Shown: positions 50,223 to 62,696 of the stretch, piece by piece
Layout of the letters: each line of letters opens with the position of its first letter
How positions within the stretch are numbered: the first letter of the stretch is position 1
Assembly (NCBI RefSeq): GCF_004010195.1
Contig: NC_057720.1
Location: forward strand, 19,397,717-19,461,716
Direction: 5' to 3'
Length of the DNA stretch: 64,000 bases
Source: Chiloscyllium plagiosum
Lineage: Eukaryota
Notes under the pieces: generated by a model
Database searches by the model: none
Told to the model about the DNA's origin: nothing
What the model saw: the letters and a program-made list of their open reading frames with translations, nothing else
Program-made: the position numbers and the translations under genes

Positions 50223-50982
50223 ATGGTTTCTTCAACTCCATATACTGCTGACCACTATTGACATAGTCAAGCACTTACACTGCTTGTACAACTGATAACA
50301 ACCTACTTGAGGCTGCATCATCAACTGATAGCAACTTGCTTTTGCATTTTGCCCTTAGCGCAAGGAAAATTACAAGCAAGCAAACCAGTTTTGCTAAAGC
50401 ATCTATAAAAGTTTGAGGGGTGCCTTGAGAAATTGGGAAATGATAATGTAAACAATGGATTACTAAATCAAACAGCAAAGCTGCAAACCCCAGAAAACGT
50501 GGTCAATCTGGGCTCTGGCCTGGATTCAATGCAGTAATTTGGGAAACTGGCATGTGGATTTTACTTGTGCCAAAGGGGAAGTGATTCTTGCTATGATCCT
50601 AGGAGACGTATGAATGTTTTCTGTGCAATATCTCCACATTGATAAACTAGGTGGGTGGGTTTAGATGGGTGGGGCATTGAATTTTAATTCAAGTGCAAAT
50701 TGGGTGGCTGTGAATGTTTTGTAAAACGTGCTTGATCAGGAGATGAGTGGGGGTGGGGAATGCAGCATTCTCCTGACTCCTTGGCAGACAGGAAGAACAC
50801 AGAAAGAGCAGCATTCACGTTCCTTCTAGCCCTACAAGAACTACTTACAAAACACTTTCAGCAGTTCCTTTCAGGATCACTGGTTACTTCACTCCACACA
50901 CACCCTACACTCAACAACACTTGAACTTTTATGAGTAGCATAGCACACCAGCAGAAATATTGAATTAAGACTCACGTCTATT

Positions 50983-51915
50983 TAGAGTCACAGAGATGTA
51001 CAGCACAGAAACAGACCCTTCAGTCCAACTCGCCCATCCCAAGCCAATCTAGTCCCACCGGCCAGCACCTGGCCCATATCCCTCCAAACCCTTCCTATTC
51101 ATATACACATCCAGAAGCCTTTTCAATGTTGCAATTGTACCAGCCTCCACCACGTCCTCTGGCAGCTCATTCCATACACGTACCACCCTCTGTGAGAAAA
51201 AGTTGCCCCTTGGGTCTCTTATCTTTCCCCTCTCACCCTAAACCTATGCCCTCTAGTTTTAGCCTCCCACACTCCAGGGAAAAATACTTTGTCTATTTAT
51301 CCTATCCATGTCCCTCATGATTTTGTAAACCTCTATAAGGTCACCCCTCAGCCTCCGACGCTCCAGGGAAAACAGCCCCAGCCTGTTCAGCCTCTCCCTG
51401 TAGCTCAAATCCTCCAACCTTGGCAACTTCCTTGTAAATCTTTTCTGAAGCCTTTCGAGTTTCACAACATTTTTCCAATAGGAAGTAGTCCAGAATTGCA
51501 TGCAATATTCCAACAGTGGTCTAACCAATGTCCTGTACAGCTGCAACATTACCTCCCAACTCCTGTACTCAATACTCTGACCAATAAAGGAAAGCATACC
51601 AAACGCCGCCTTCACTATCCTATCTACCTGTGACCCCACTTTCAAGGAGCAATGAACCTGCATTCCAAGGTCTCTTTATGCAGCAACACTCCTAAGGACC
51701 TTACCATTAAGTGTATAAGTCCTGCTAAGATTTACTTTTCCAAAATGCAGTACCACACATTTATCTAAATTAAACTCCATCTGCCACCTCTCAGCCCATT
51801 GACCCATCTCATCAAGATCCTGTTATAATCTGATGTAACCTTCTTTGCTGTCCATTACACCTCCAATTTTGGTGTCATCTGCAAACTTACTAACTATACC
51901 GCTTGTGTTCACATT
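50983..51915 (-). mobile_element. CR1 LINE 3' ~930 bp
   Basis: LYRTLVRPLLEYC..RLRGDLIEVYKIM and tail. Confidence 0.95.
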
Positions 51916-53401
51916 TGGTGGGATAGCCTTCTGCTTATTTTGATAAGTTCAAAAAAAAATCATAGAACCAAAAGATATTTTTCTATATAGATAAGGCAGT
52001 GGTCAGATGAAAAATCATTCCTCACCTCCTCACTGCAGTGAGGTCAATTGGCATTCACTAACTACTTGCAATGAGTGCTTACATCACTAGAGCACACACC
52101 AATTGCCATTCCAACATAAACCTGTTGAATTCACTAATAGTGATATCAGGTCATTCTAATAAAAATCAATCAATAATGATTTAACAAAATAAATATTAGG
52201 GTTAACAAAATAAGTAAGATCTGCCAGAATTTTCAATAGAGTTTGCATATTGTGGTTCCATTGATTTTTCTAGAAAATCACAAGCCTTCATAAAACCATA
52301 AAATGCTGGTTAGACCACAACTAGAACACTGTATGCATTTCTGGTCACCACACAATGAAAAGGATGTGATTGCACTGGCGAGGAGATTTACTAGGATGTT
52401 GCTTGGGCTGGCAGTTCTGAGCTACAGGGAACGATTGGAAGAGCTAGAGTTAAGAGGGTAAAGGTTGAGGGGGGTCCGGATAGAGGAATACAAAATTATG
52501 AAAGCCATAGATAAGGCAGATAGGAAGGCACTTTTTTCCATTAGTAGAGGGTCAATAAGCTAGGGGCACAGATTTAAAGTAAGAGGTAAAATGCTAAGTT
52601 GTGAGACAAGGAGAAATCTTTTTACCCAGAGAATGCTGAGTGCCTATAACTCACGACTTGAAAAGGTGGTTGAATCAGAAACTCTCAACATTTAAGCAGC
52701 ATTTAGATATTCACCTGCATTACCACAGCCTCCAAGGTTATGGGCCAAGAACTGGAAAATGGGATTAGTGTACTTTGTTGACCAGCACAAATATGATGGG
52801 CCAAATGGCCTCATTCTGTGTAGGAAACACATATGAGTCATCGTTCTTGTTAAGGCTGTTTAGCAGGAACTCTACAATAAAAATATTGAAATATTTCAAA
52901 GGGATGTTATTTCCCAGAGAAAGAAAGTGCCTGGTAAATATTTTCCAATCAGTCTGACACTCGCAATGCACCAATGTGAATCCAATCAAAACTGTAATAA
53001 GAGTGACACACGCTGTTCTTGTTTTTATCCCAATCCTAACTGAAGTTTCCCTGAACACTTATCCAACTTGAAAGTGCATCTTTTAGATGAGGCATCACAC
53101 GGAGACTCCATCTGCCCCTTCTGGCAGGTCCACCTAACTCCCACTGCACTATGTTGAAGAAAAGCTGGGTAATTCTCTGAAATGGCCTGGTCAATATTTA
53201 TCCCTCAGCCAAGATAAGTGAAAAAAAATAGATTATTAATTGGTCATTGGGCCATTCCTTTCGGTGGGGCATAAACTGACTACAGCATTGCTCATACAGA
53301 GGTCACGACAGTCATTAGGCTCTGAGATGTCGGGGGCGGGGGGGGGTTAGGAGATTGCTGCATAAGTGAAAACTTCAAACTCAGAGCTGGGAATTTGTGT
53401 T

Positions 53402-53441
53402 GCAAACGTTTCGTCCCCTGTCTAGGTGACATCCTCAGTGC
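53402..53441 (-). ncRNA. Minimal hammerhead motif (Poseidon-type, left arm)
   Basis: gca-CUGAGGA-uGUCacc uagaca gggGAC-GAA-ACGU-U^-ugc. Confidence 0.75.
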
Positions 53442-54116
53442 TTGGGAGCCTCCTGTGAAGCGCTTCTGTGTTGTTTCCTCTAGCATTTATAGTGGTTTGA
53501 ATCTGCCGCTTCCAGTTGTCAGTTCCAGCTGTCGCTGCAGTGGCCGGTATATTGGGTCCAGGTCGATGTGCTTATTGATTGAATCTGTGGATGAGTGCCA
53601 TGCCTCTAGGAATTCCTGATGAAGGGCTTTTGCCCAAAACGTCAATTTCGCTGCTCCTTGGATGCTGCCTGAACTGCTGTGCTCTTCCAGCACCACTAAT
53701 CCAGAATCTAGGAATTCCCTGGCTGTTCTTTGTTTGGCTTGTCCTATAATAGTAGTGTTGTCCCAGTCGAACTCATGTTGCTTGTCATCTGAGTGTGTGG
53801 CTACTAAGGGATAGCTGGTCACCAACTAGCCATTAAACGACACGACCAGCTATCCTTAGTAGCCACACACACACTCAGATGACAAGCAACATGAGTTCGA
53901 CTGGGACAACACTACTATTGTAGGACAAGCCAAACAGAGAACAGCCTGGGAGTTCCTAGAGGCATGGCACTCATCCACAGACTCAATCAATAAACACATC
54001 GACCTGGACCCAATGGCCACTGCAGGACAGCTGGAACTGACAACCAGAAGCGGCAGATACAAATCACTATAAAAGCGGAGGAAACATCACAGAAACGCTT
54101 CACAGGAGGCTCCTAA

Positions 54117-54156
54117 GCACTGAGGATGTCACCCAGACAGGGGACGAAACGTCTGC
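54117..54156 (+). ncRNA. Minimal hammerhead motif (Poseidon-type, right arm)
   Basis: gca-CUGAGGA-uGUCacc cagaca gggGAC-GAA-ACGU-C^-ugc. Confidence 0.8.
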
Positions 54157-54689
54157 AACACAAATTCCCAGCTCGGTGAACAGAACCATCACCACCACCA
54201 CAACAACGAGCTACAAATCTTCTCCCAAACTTTGAACTTCAAACTCAATTCCACTTCCATTACATATAAATGCACTGAAGATACCATATCTAGTTATACT
54301 CCAACAAAGATATTTCCTGTGCGCACATGTTCTTATGGGATATTCCTCTTAACAATATTTTAAGTAAAACGTTAATCCGTTTAAAATAACTGGACTCGTT
54401 AGGAAGTTTTTTTTCGGACCTGGAGATTTCAACCGGCGGATTTTCTGTTTCAGTGTTAGCAAGGGACCTCTGCAAATAACATAGCCCCAGTTGCATTGTT
54501 TAAACAAGCAGATCAGAGAGGAGGTGACCTTTAACACTCAACCCCAGTCCCCAGCCAACACCTGAAAGCAGTAAAACATTTGTAGAAGAAGTTGCAATTT
54601 CCTTTAAATCATCAGGCTGCCAAGTCAGAAACAAGGCAACGCTGGGACACTCTTACTGAGGAGACAGAGGAGGGGGCTGGTGAGGCATC

Positions 54690-55260
54690 TCACCCGGAGT
54701 ACCTCAGCCACAGCGCACTGCCCGAACATACTCAATACCCCGGACAGTTATTACATACACAGCGCCCTACAATATTATCACAGCATTCACTACCACTCAA
54801 CTTGAAAAGTTTTCCCACCCCCCCCCAAGACCACTCGATCAAAACTTGCACAAAGCAGCCCCGCGCATTCATTGGTGTTTACGATTTAAAGTTGCACCAA
54901 TTTCCTAATCTCATCCAATTAAAAAAAAGGGTATTTTGCTGTTAGATAGATACATCGTGTTTCGCCTAAAGTTGAGCTTTTAACCCACCTGCCCAGACAC
55001 CACAGCACAGTGTATTAGTGAAGGCTGCTTCTCCACGGGACAGAGCTGAGCTGCAGTCACCTCTGGAAGAGTTCGCTGTGTGTGGCTGTTCCTATCTGAC
55101 GAGGAGACCCTGGGCTCTGGCTGCAATGTTGAGAGCCTGAATCAGTGCCAGCCCCCAGCTCAGCCTGTGGACGGGGCAAGGTCACGGAATAGCCTTCAGC
55201 GCAGAAAGATAACACCTTCCAACGTTATGGCCGAAGAAAAAGTAAAAGACGGATGGTGAC
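54690..55260 (-). promoter_or_regulatory. Candidate promoter and non-coding first exon(s) of the SAM-exon gene
   Basis: Repeat-free with visibly more CpG; - strand donors CAG|GTGGGT (exon end 54989) and CGG|GTGAGA (54694); CCAAT/ATTGG at 54871, 54897 and 54915; AGATAA at ~55207. Confidence 0.4.
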
Positions 55261-55831
55261 TAATTGTAAGTGGCAACTGATACACATGTAGTCAAATAAG
55301 TACAGTGATAATAAAGCTAATTCAGTTCTCGTGTTCCCCTAAGACCCTGGCCAACGTGGTGATCCGAAAGGACGTTATTATATTATCCTCCTCCCTGGAT
55401 TCACTGAAAATTGTTCAAAAATCGCTTGCAGCGAGTTGAATCACAATTCTCCCTTTGGACATCCCTATGTGACCACAGAACACCCAAAAATCATGGCACA
55501 AGATCACCTCTCTCTCTCACTCCTGCTGTGGGTCTTTGATCACTATCCAAAGTATTTTTGTTTCTAACCTATCCCCACCTCCTTTTTCTGCAGCTCCCCT
55601 TATACCCAATCCCAGTTCCTGAAGGAGGGTTACACCTGAAACATTGGCTTCTCCACCTCCTGATGCTGCCCAGCTTGTGTTCTTCCAGCCTTCTGCTCAT
55701 CTACCAGGGCATTTTTATGAGCAGCAAGTTCTTCTGCGATGCCCCTCACGGTCAAATAAACCAGACCTCAAATAACAAGGATTCTCTATTTCTACAAGCT
55801 CATTTAGGGTGGCAACATGATACAGTCAAAA

Positions 55832-56059
55832 GGAGAAAGTGAGGACTGCAGATGCTGGAGATCAGAGTTGAAAATGTGTTGCTGGAAAAGCGCAGCAGGT
55901 CAGGCAGCATCCAAGGAACAGGAGAATTGACGTTTTAGGCATAAGCCCTTCTTCAGGAAACTGATTCCTGAAGAAGAGCGTATGCCCGAAACGTCAATTC
56001 TCCTGTTCCTTGGATGCTGCCTGACCTGCTGCGCTTTTCCAGCAACACATTTTCAGCTC
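55832..56059. mobile_element. Family-A hairpin retaining two oppositely oriented hammerhead remnants
   Basis: ..GCCCTTCTTCAGGAA actga TTCCTGAAGAAGAGCGTATGCCCGAAACGTC..; TSD TGATACAGTCAAAA / TGATATAGCCAAAA. Confidence 0.9.
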
Positions 56060-56798
56060 TGATATAGCCAAAACCCAAGCACAAAGGAACAGAGAACCAA
56101 GCACCAGCTAGGGGGAGGGGTAGTGGAACAATGTACAGAGTTGGATGATTAACTGGTCACATTGAATGACAGAGCCAACTCAAAAGGGCCTGCTTTACTT
56201 TCCATGCTTCACTCAGTGAAAGTTCCTGCCTTTTGGATTTAAGGATTCCCAATAATGCAGAATCAGAAAAAAACACTAATTATGGATGAAAGCAATTTTA
56301 TGTTCTCTTCCTCAATTACCAGTAATGACTGATAGTCACCAGGCAAATTAACTTGCCCATTTCACCTTATCTGACTGTTATACAATCATTTGAGTCCTGT
56401 TACCTTTAGTGGTGCCCTCCACACTGTGGGGATTTTGAATGCTTTCAGATGCTCTGAATAAGATTTTACCTCAGCTATGAAACAGTATATTCAGCAGCTT
56501 CTCAAACTCTAGCTTGCAGACTGACTCATTCCAGTTTGGGTCTAACCTATTCTCTAATCACAAAATAAATTCACTGAATGTGTAGACAGAGAAAAGTAAA
56601 TGAGAATGTCTGCAACCTCCTGGTTAAATTTATCAGTGATTGACTGATTACACTAAACCCATTCTGATGGGATTTATATGAATAGCCCAACACCAATTAA
56701 AATGCCCCAATGGTTTAACAGCCTCTAACACATTGTTTTACTTTGCTCTTCATTTTTCCTCCTATTCTTTCCCGAACATGCCAGCTCTTGTTATGAGA

Positions 56799-57650
56799 TT
56801 AAAATCACACAACACCAGGCCATAGCCCAACAAGTTTATTTGGAAGCACTAGCTTTCAGAACGCTGCTCCTTCATCAGGTGGTTGTGGAGTATAGCATCA
56901 TAGGACACAGAATTTATACCAAAAGTTTACAGTGTGATGTAACTGAAATTATAGATTGAAAAAGACCTGGATTGTTTATTAAGTCTCTCATCTTTTAGAA
57001 TGGGTATATTGGTTTCAGTTCTTTCATGTGAAAATCCCAGAACTTTCTTAAAGTTACATTCTCAAGAGAATTTTAAGAATAGGTGCCATGTTGGCCCAGA
57101 TAATGCACTGAAGGTGTGAGGTGCCCTGTGTGAGGCTGTCTGTGCCCCAATGTTCAGCTTGATTCTAATCTAAAAAAAGGGATTTACAGAATCTTACATG
57201 GATTCATGCAGTTTTTGAGCAAAATAAAATGTAATTCTGCAAGTACAAATTCGCTCCACAAACTTTTGTGTCTGGGGTGGGGGGAGGCACAAGTATGGGC
57301 GGCACGGTAGCACAGTGGTTACTGCTTCCTCGCAGCACCAGAGACCCGGGTTCAATTCCCGCCTCCGGCAACTGACTGTGTGGAGTTTGCACGTTCTCCC
57401 CGTGTCTGCGTGGGTTTCCTCCGGGTGCTCCGGTTTCCTCCCACAGTCCAAAGANNNNNNNNNNNNNNNNNNNNNNNNNNNGGGTCGGTGTGGACTTGTT
57501 GGGCCGAAGGGCCTGTTTCCACACTGTAAGTAATCTAATCTCTTCCTCTGGGCAGTGCTCTAAAAGCTAATGCTTCCAATTAAACCCGTTGGACTATAAC
57601 CTGGTGATTTTTAACTTTGTACACCCCAGTCCAAAACCGGCATCTCCAAA
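56799..57650. mobile_element. Family-D (Neptune) PLE inverted terminal structure containing an HE1 SINE (57297-57540, with a 27-N gap at 57455-57481)
   Basis: 56799-57265 is the reverse complement of ~6440-6870; TSD TCTTGTTATGAGA at 56786-56798 and 57651-57663. Confidence 0.85.
56847..56881 (-). ncRNA. Minimal hammerhead motif (family D)
   Basis: cac-CUGAUGA-aGGAGC agc GUUCU-GAA-AGCU-A^-gug. Confidence 0.75.
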
Positions 57651-57659
57651 TCTTGTTAT

Positions 57660-57840
57660 GAGAGAAAGTGAGGACTACAGATGCTGGAGAGTCAGTGTCA
57701 AAACGTGTGACGTTGGAAAATAAAGCAGGTCTGGCAGCATCCGAGGAGCAGGAGAGTCAACAATTCAGCTGTGAGCCCTTTATTAGGAATTGGGGGGGTG
57801 AGGGGGCTTAGAGATAAGAAGGGAGAGGGGCAGGGGCTGG
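57660..57840 (-). mobile_element. Family-A PLE terminus with purine-rich body
   Basis: GAGAAAGTGAGGACTACAGATGCTGGAGA..; flanked by AGCTCTTGTTAT at 56783-56794 and 57841-57852. Confidence 0.8.
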
Positions 57841-59799
57841 AGCTCTTGTTATTAGGATAGTGCCAACCGTCCTATATGATTCTTTGCCAGAGTTCCTGTA
57901 ATCATCTCACTAGGTTATATGATCATAATAAATGCCACAATTGAGCTGAATTCCTCCTTTGTTAAAACGGATACAGAGAGTTATAGAGTCATACAGCACA
58001 GAAACAGACACTTCGGTCCAACCAGTCCATACCAAACATAATCCCTAATCAAACTAGTCCCACCTGCCTGCTCCTGGCCCATACCCCTCCAAACCTTTCA
58101 TATTCATGTATTTATCCAAATATCTTTTTGTACCCCCATCCATCATTTCCTCTGGAAGTTCATTCCACAGATGAATCACCGCAGTATAAAAAAAATTGCC
58201 CCCATCTTCAAGCAAGGGTCATTAGTTCTCAATGGAACGTGTGAACTCTAAATACTTTTGTTTCTCTTCCTACGATAGTTTCCGCAAGTTATAAAACCAT
58301 TACAGTTGAGTATCAGCCACTTCTGTTCACTGAGGCAATGTGCATCTTTACATGCATGTTGTGGTTTTGAAGACACAAACAGCGATGGTAGAAGCTGCAA
58401 TTTCACCCACTCTCAGCTGTCTGCTTTGCCTTACGTTGATTGATTTGAAGGTTGTTGTTACGATCTGTCTTGTTACGTTATAAATGCACTTTTCTTAGCC
58501 ATCAAGTCCTGGAGTGGGACTTGAACTCCAGGTAGTGGTGCAACCTATTCTACCGCAAGACCCTTAACAACATTAATCAAAGCCTTCAATGTAGATTGAA
58601 CTCAGAGAAGCATCATCACAAAACTGGACAGTTGGCCAAAGGGATATCAGTGGACATTTAAAAAGGAATGATAGGTGAGGGGCAAAGGACTTTGCTTCAC
58701 ATTTTCAGAATGGGGATAGAGTGGGCACTTGCTGCCCATTCCTGGTTGCCTTGAGGATGTGATGGTGGCCTGTATTGTTGCAGTTTGTTATAAATATGAA
58801 TCTAACTTTGCTTAAGTGCATCTTCTAGATAATGTATATTGCAGCAATGGGGCACTGTCAGTGGGGAGAGAACAATTTTCCAGCCAGTGGATGGATTGCT
58901 GATTGTGTAGAATGGTTTGTCCTGGATAGAATGGAGTGGGAATGCTGGTCTAGGTGGCTCATAACCCATTTATTTGTCAAGATATCAGCAGGAAGGAAGG
59001 TGCTCTCACTTGGCTTGTTGTCCCACAATTAGCGATACAAAACTAATTCTTGCAAGAAGCACATGTGGGAGAACTTCAACTCAGGGTGAAGTCAGGATTT
59101 GGCTTCATCACTGACAGGGCTGAAACCCAAGGTTGATTGCTATGTAGATATGGGAATTGTGGAATAGAAACCCAGCATTATCTATTCCCTCTAGGAGAGG
59201 AAGGGAGAAAAATCAATACACACAAAATACTAAACACGCTTTTTGATGTTTGGTTTCATAGCTGATTGACATTCCACAAGAACAGCTTAAACCTGTATTC
59301 TGTCTGGGTCAAAGTACATAGGGGTACAGGAGAGACATTTCTCTCTATGTAAACACTTTAATTTGCTTATTACCTGCACATTAGGCCAGATTGCTGAGGT
59401 CTACACTTCACTGTATGCAATTTTAATAATCACAATAACAAGCTTTGATGCAAATACAACTGAATGACTAAACATGATGAACGATGTGAACCTCCTTCCC
59501 CATCCTGCACATTGGTAAACTATTCCTGATAAACATAAATAATAATTAATAGTGACTGGCATCTGGGACCAAATTACATGTAAGTCACTATTCTGTACAC
59601 ACTGTCTTACAGTTCTTATATCTTTAATCTTTTTCATGCATCGGTGCCATTACATCTCAGTCACTAACATTAAGTATGCCCAGCCAATAAGCACAAAGAC
59701 TCCAAAGAAATATTGGATGTTCCATGTGCAATTTTTAAATTGTCTTTGAAGATGTGTAGCTTCCATGTTGCTTCAAATAGCAGAGTCTTACATTGTAAT

Positions 59800-60030
59800 G
59801 TAGGTTGATCAGCTCAGTTGCTGGATGGCTGGTTTGTGATGCAGTGATGGTGCCAATAGCACAGGTTCAATTCCCACACTGCCTGAGGTTGCAACCATGG
59901 AGGTCTTCATGTGCCCATAAAGGTCCTGCCTTCTCAATCTTGACCCTCATGGTGACCGTCAGGTTAAACTCACTACCAGTCATCACTTTAAAATGAGGAA
60001 ATGGTCCTCTAGGACTTTGGTGAATAAGGT
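59800..60030 (+). mobile_element. tRNA-derived SINE, same family as 4175-4397
   Basis: AGCTCAGTTG..GATGGCTGGTTT..GGTTCAATTCC..CAGGTTAAAC. Confidence 0.6.
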
Positions 60031-60250
60031 GCAGTTTCAGTTCTTTGTGAGTAATGGGACAAGACCTGAAAAACCTGACATTTGTAAGATTGAGGAACTG
60101 AATCTTGGGCCATTTCATTAACTTCCAGCTAGGGACATATTGACAAGTTTACACATGGTAATCACTGGACAGCTAATGGGAATGGTGAATTGAATAATTT
60201 ATTGTCATGTGTATTCAATATAAAATACTGTGAAAAGTTTATACCGTCGC

Positions 60251-60330
60251 CATGCATCGGTGCCATTATATCTCAGTCACTGACATTAAGTATGCCCAGT
60301 CAGTAAGCACAAAGATTCCAGAGAAATATT
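60251..60330 (+). repeat. 80-bp local duplicate of 59635-59714
   Basis: CATGCATCGGTGCCATTA..GAAATATT in both; six transitions seen. Confidence 0.95.
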
Positions 60331-61784
60331 TCAGGACTCTCAACCGAGTATTATAAAACAAAGGATATTTGACTGCCTATAAATTATCATGTGTCGCAAG
60401 AATCTTTTATACTCTTCCACACAGTCCAGTAAACCTTCACCCCTCATTACTCATAGTTTACCTCAGAAAAGGGCTATAGTAATCAGCTGGTAAAGAATGA
60501 TAGATATAGGGATTGTTTAGTGCCTAGTTACATATTTGATGGAAACAATTGAGCCCATTTAGTTTATCTTACTTTCAAATATGCAAAATCTAACTGCCTT
60601 TTGATAAATTCAGCAACAAACATAAAGAATGCTGGAGAAACTCAGTAGGCCCGGCTGCATCTGAAATAGAGAAACAGAGTTAACATTTTGAGTGCAGAAT
60701 GATTTTAGAGTAATGCATTGTAACCTCATGTAATTTAGTTTTATCAGTTTTTACCTATATATGTTCTTAATCTGTAAACTAGTTGGAAAAGGTCTTGCCA
60801 TATTCACCTCCTTTCACCAAATTCTTGAGTTCATCACTAAGTACTACAGGGTTGTCAAGGAAACAAATAATCTCACTTGTTGTACAGACTGTTGGTATTT
60901 AACAGCATTCTACACAATGGACACAGTACTTGAGGGGCAGCCAGACGCCATCACAAAGCAAAGTATCACTTAACTATTACAAGCACAAGAAGTGACATCA
61001 TGGGAATGATTCATAACAAGTGAACAAATACATTCTCGACTGGGCACTGAACAAATTCCCTTTGTCAAACTATACTGCACCTTCTATCATTTTAATTGGT
61101 TACTTCTAGTTTTCTTTTCACGGTCTCTTAGATTATGGAGCAGGGCGTTTGGGAGATGGCTGAGAGATGTCCCACTCCTCTAATGAATTTTCTAATGTCA
61201 TTAAAAGGAAAGTGATATGAATTGGGTTTATTCTTCTAACTTTTCTTTCCTTCCTGCTTTGCATCTCACTCTGCATTTCTCTCTGGTCATGAGGTCTAGA
61301 ATGGGTCATCATGCCTCACCAATATATTCCCATCATTTCCAAACGAATTTTAACTTCTTGCTGGTTACATGGTACCAGTCACTGCCGAATGTCTTGCCCA
61401 GTTGGCCGTTTGTTTAATTGTGAGCTTTGACATTGAATGCTAATGACAATAGTGAGAGACTTCAGAACTGAGCCTGATCTTGTACTTTACCTGACATTCA
61501 GCCAAGGCCGATTCAGGCTGGAATTGTCCAATAAAAATCAGGAACAGAAGCTGTGAGTGATATTTCCTTCCTGGAATAACATTCCAGGATGACTAATGGC
61601 CCTCCATCATCGTCAATTTTCACATAATCACAGAGAGTGCTGGAAACTAGTTAGACAGCAACCTGGAAGTGGCTGTACTAATCACAGTGTTGATTTGACG
61701 AATTAAATGAGGAATGGCTCACCTCTGTCTTCAGCAATGATGGTGGTCCTGCCCAATTGCAGGCCTTCAATGCTGTTTAACCAT

Positions 61785-62180
61785 GTGTTTCAGTGGGCAG
61801 CGCTCCTACCTCTGAGTTAGAAGGTTGAGAGTTCAGGTCTTGCAAGAGACATATTGGTCCATACTGACACTAGCGCACACTGCGTTGGAATATCCCGAGA
61901 CTCAGTGTGACCCCTCGGGTATGTGTTAATGATTCCAAGGCACAATTCTAAAGAAAAACTGGGAAGTACACCTCAGCATCCTGGTCAAGCTTTTATTCCT
62001 CAAAAAATATCTGTATTTAAATTATTTGTATGTTATCAGTGCTGTTTGTGGGGAGTTGCTGGCACATATTTCCTGCATTGCATCACTGATTGCATTTTAA
62101 AAGTAATTACTTGGTTATAACACACTTTGGAACATCCCAAGGTTGTGAAAGGAGGTTAGAAACATAAAATGGTCCTTCTT
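61785..62180 (+). mobile_element. Deu-domain SINE with head
   Basis: CAGTGGGCAGCGCTC..CCTCTGAGTTAGAAGGTTG..GTTCA head; TGCTGTTTGTGGG..TTGCTG core. Confidence 0.65.
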
Positions 62181-62665
62181 TGTGCATATGCAAGATAAAG
62201 CTCAGTTAGCTTGCCACTTGCTCAATTCAGTTGCAGGAGATGGCAGTCCTTTCTTTGGTCTATGGTTTTGCCAACACTAATGTGACAGTCAATGCAAAGG
62301 CACCACTGGCTTACAATCCAAACTCCACAAGTATCAAAGTAAAAGCAACTGTAGAGACACACACAGTGCCAGCCAAGTGCTGCATCCTGTACATTCATAG
62401 ACACAAATTAAACTGTTTGAGCTACCCAAATCCTCGAGGGACAGCAGTGTAAAACAGTGAACTTCTCTCATCAATTGAGTAAATCTCAAGTCAAGGGCCT
62501 GGGGTTTGATGAAATCAAAATATTACACAACACCAGCTGGAGAAAAGAGAAACCACAAAATTGCTAGCAGCATGAAATCAAAAGCAAACAGCAGCCAATG
62601 TGGAGCAGAACCTTCCGCACTTAAAGAGAAAAATGTGGATCATTCAAGAGACCATTAACTTGTCT

Positions 62666-62696
<31 letters not shown>

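Larger units (their letters stand above)
53384..54234. mobile_element. Poseidon/Penelope-type PLE 3' end as a large fold-back, with a family-A-related insert (53617-53706) in the left arm
   Basis: HQLAIKRHDQLSLVATH..HEFDWDNTTIVGQAKQR..EFLEAWHS..SINKHIDLDP (GIY-YIG C-terminal part) on both strands; TSD AACTTCAAACTCA at 53371-53383 and 54235-54247. Confidence 0.9.

Noticed and set aside
50279..50402. Possible - strand exon with a hydrophobic stretch (LAKLVCLLVIFLAL)
   Set aside because: Weak support and no recognisable protein
16405..56059. Hairpin elements as classical MITEs or as microRNA genes
   Set aside because: Asymmetric ends, variable 11-17 bp TSDs and hammerhead motifs fit PLE origin better, and there is no evidence of miRNA processing
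57297..57365. tRNA gene
   Set aside because: The A/B boxes belong to the tRNA-derived head of an HE1 SINE and continue into the SINE core
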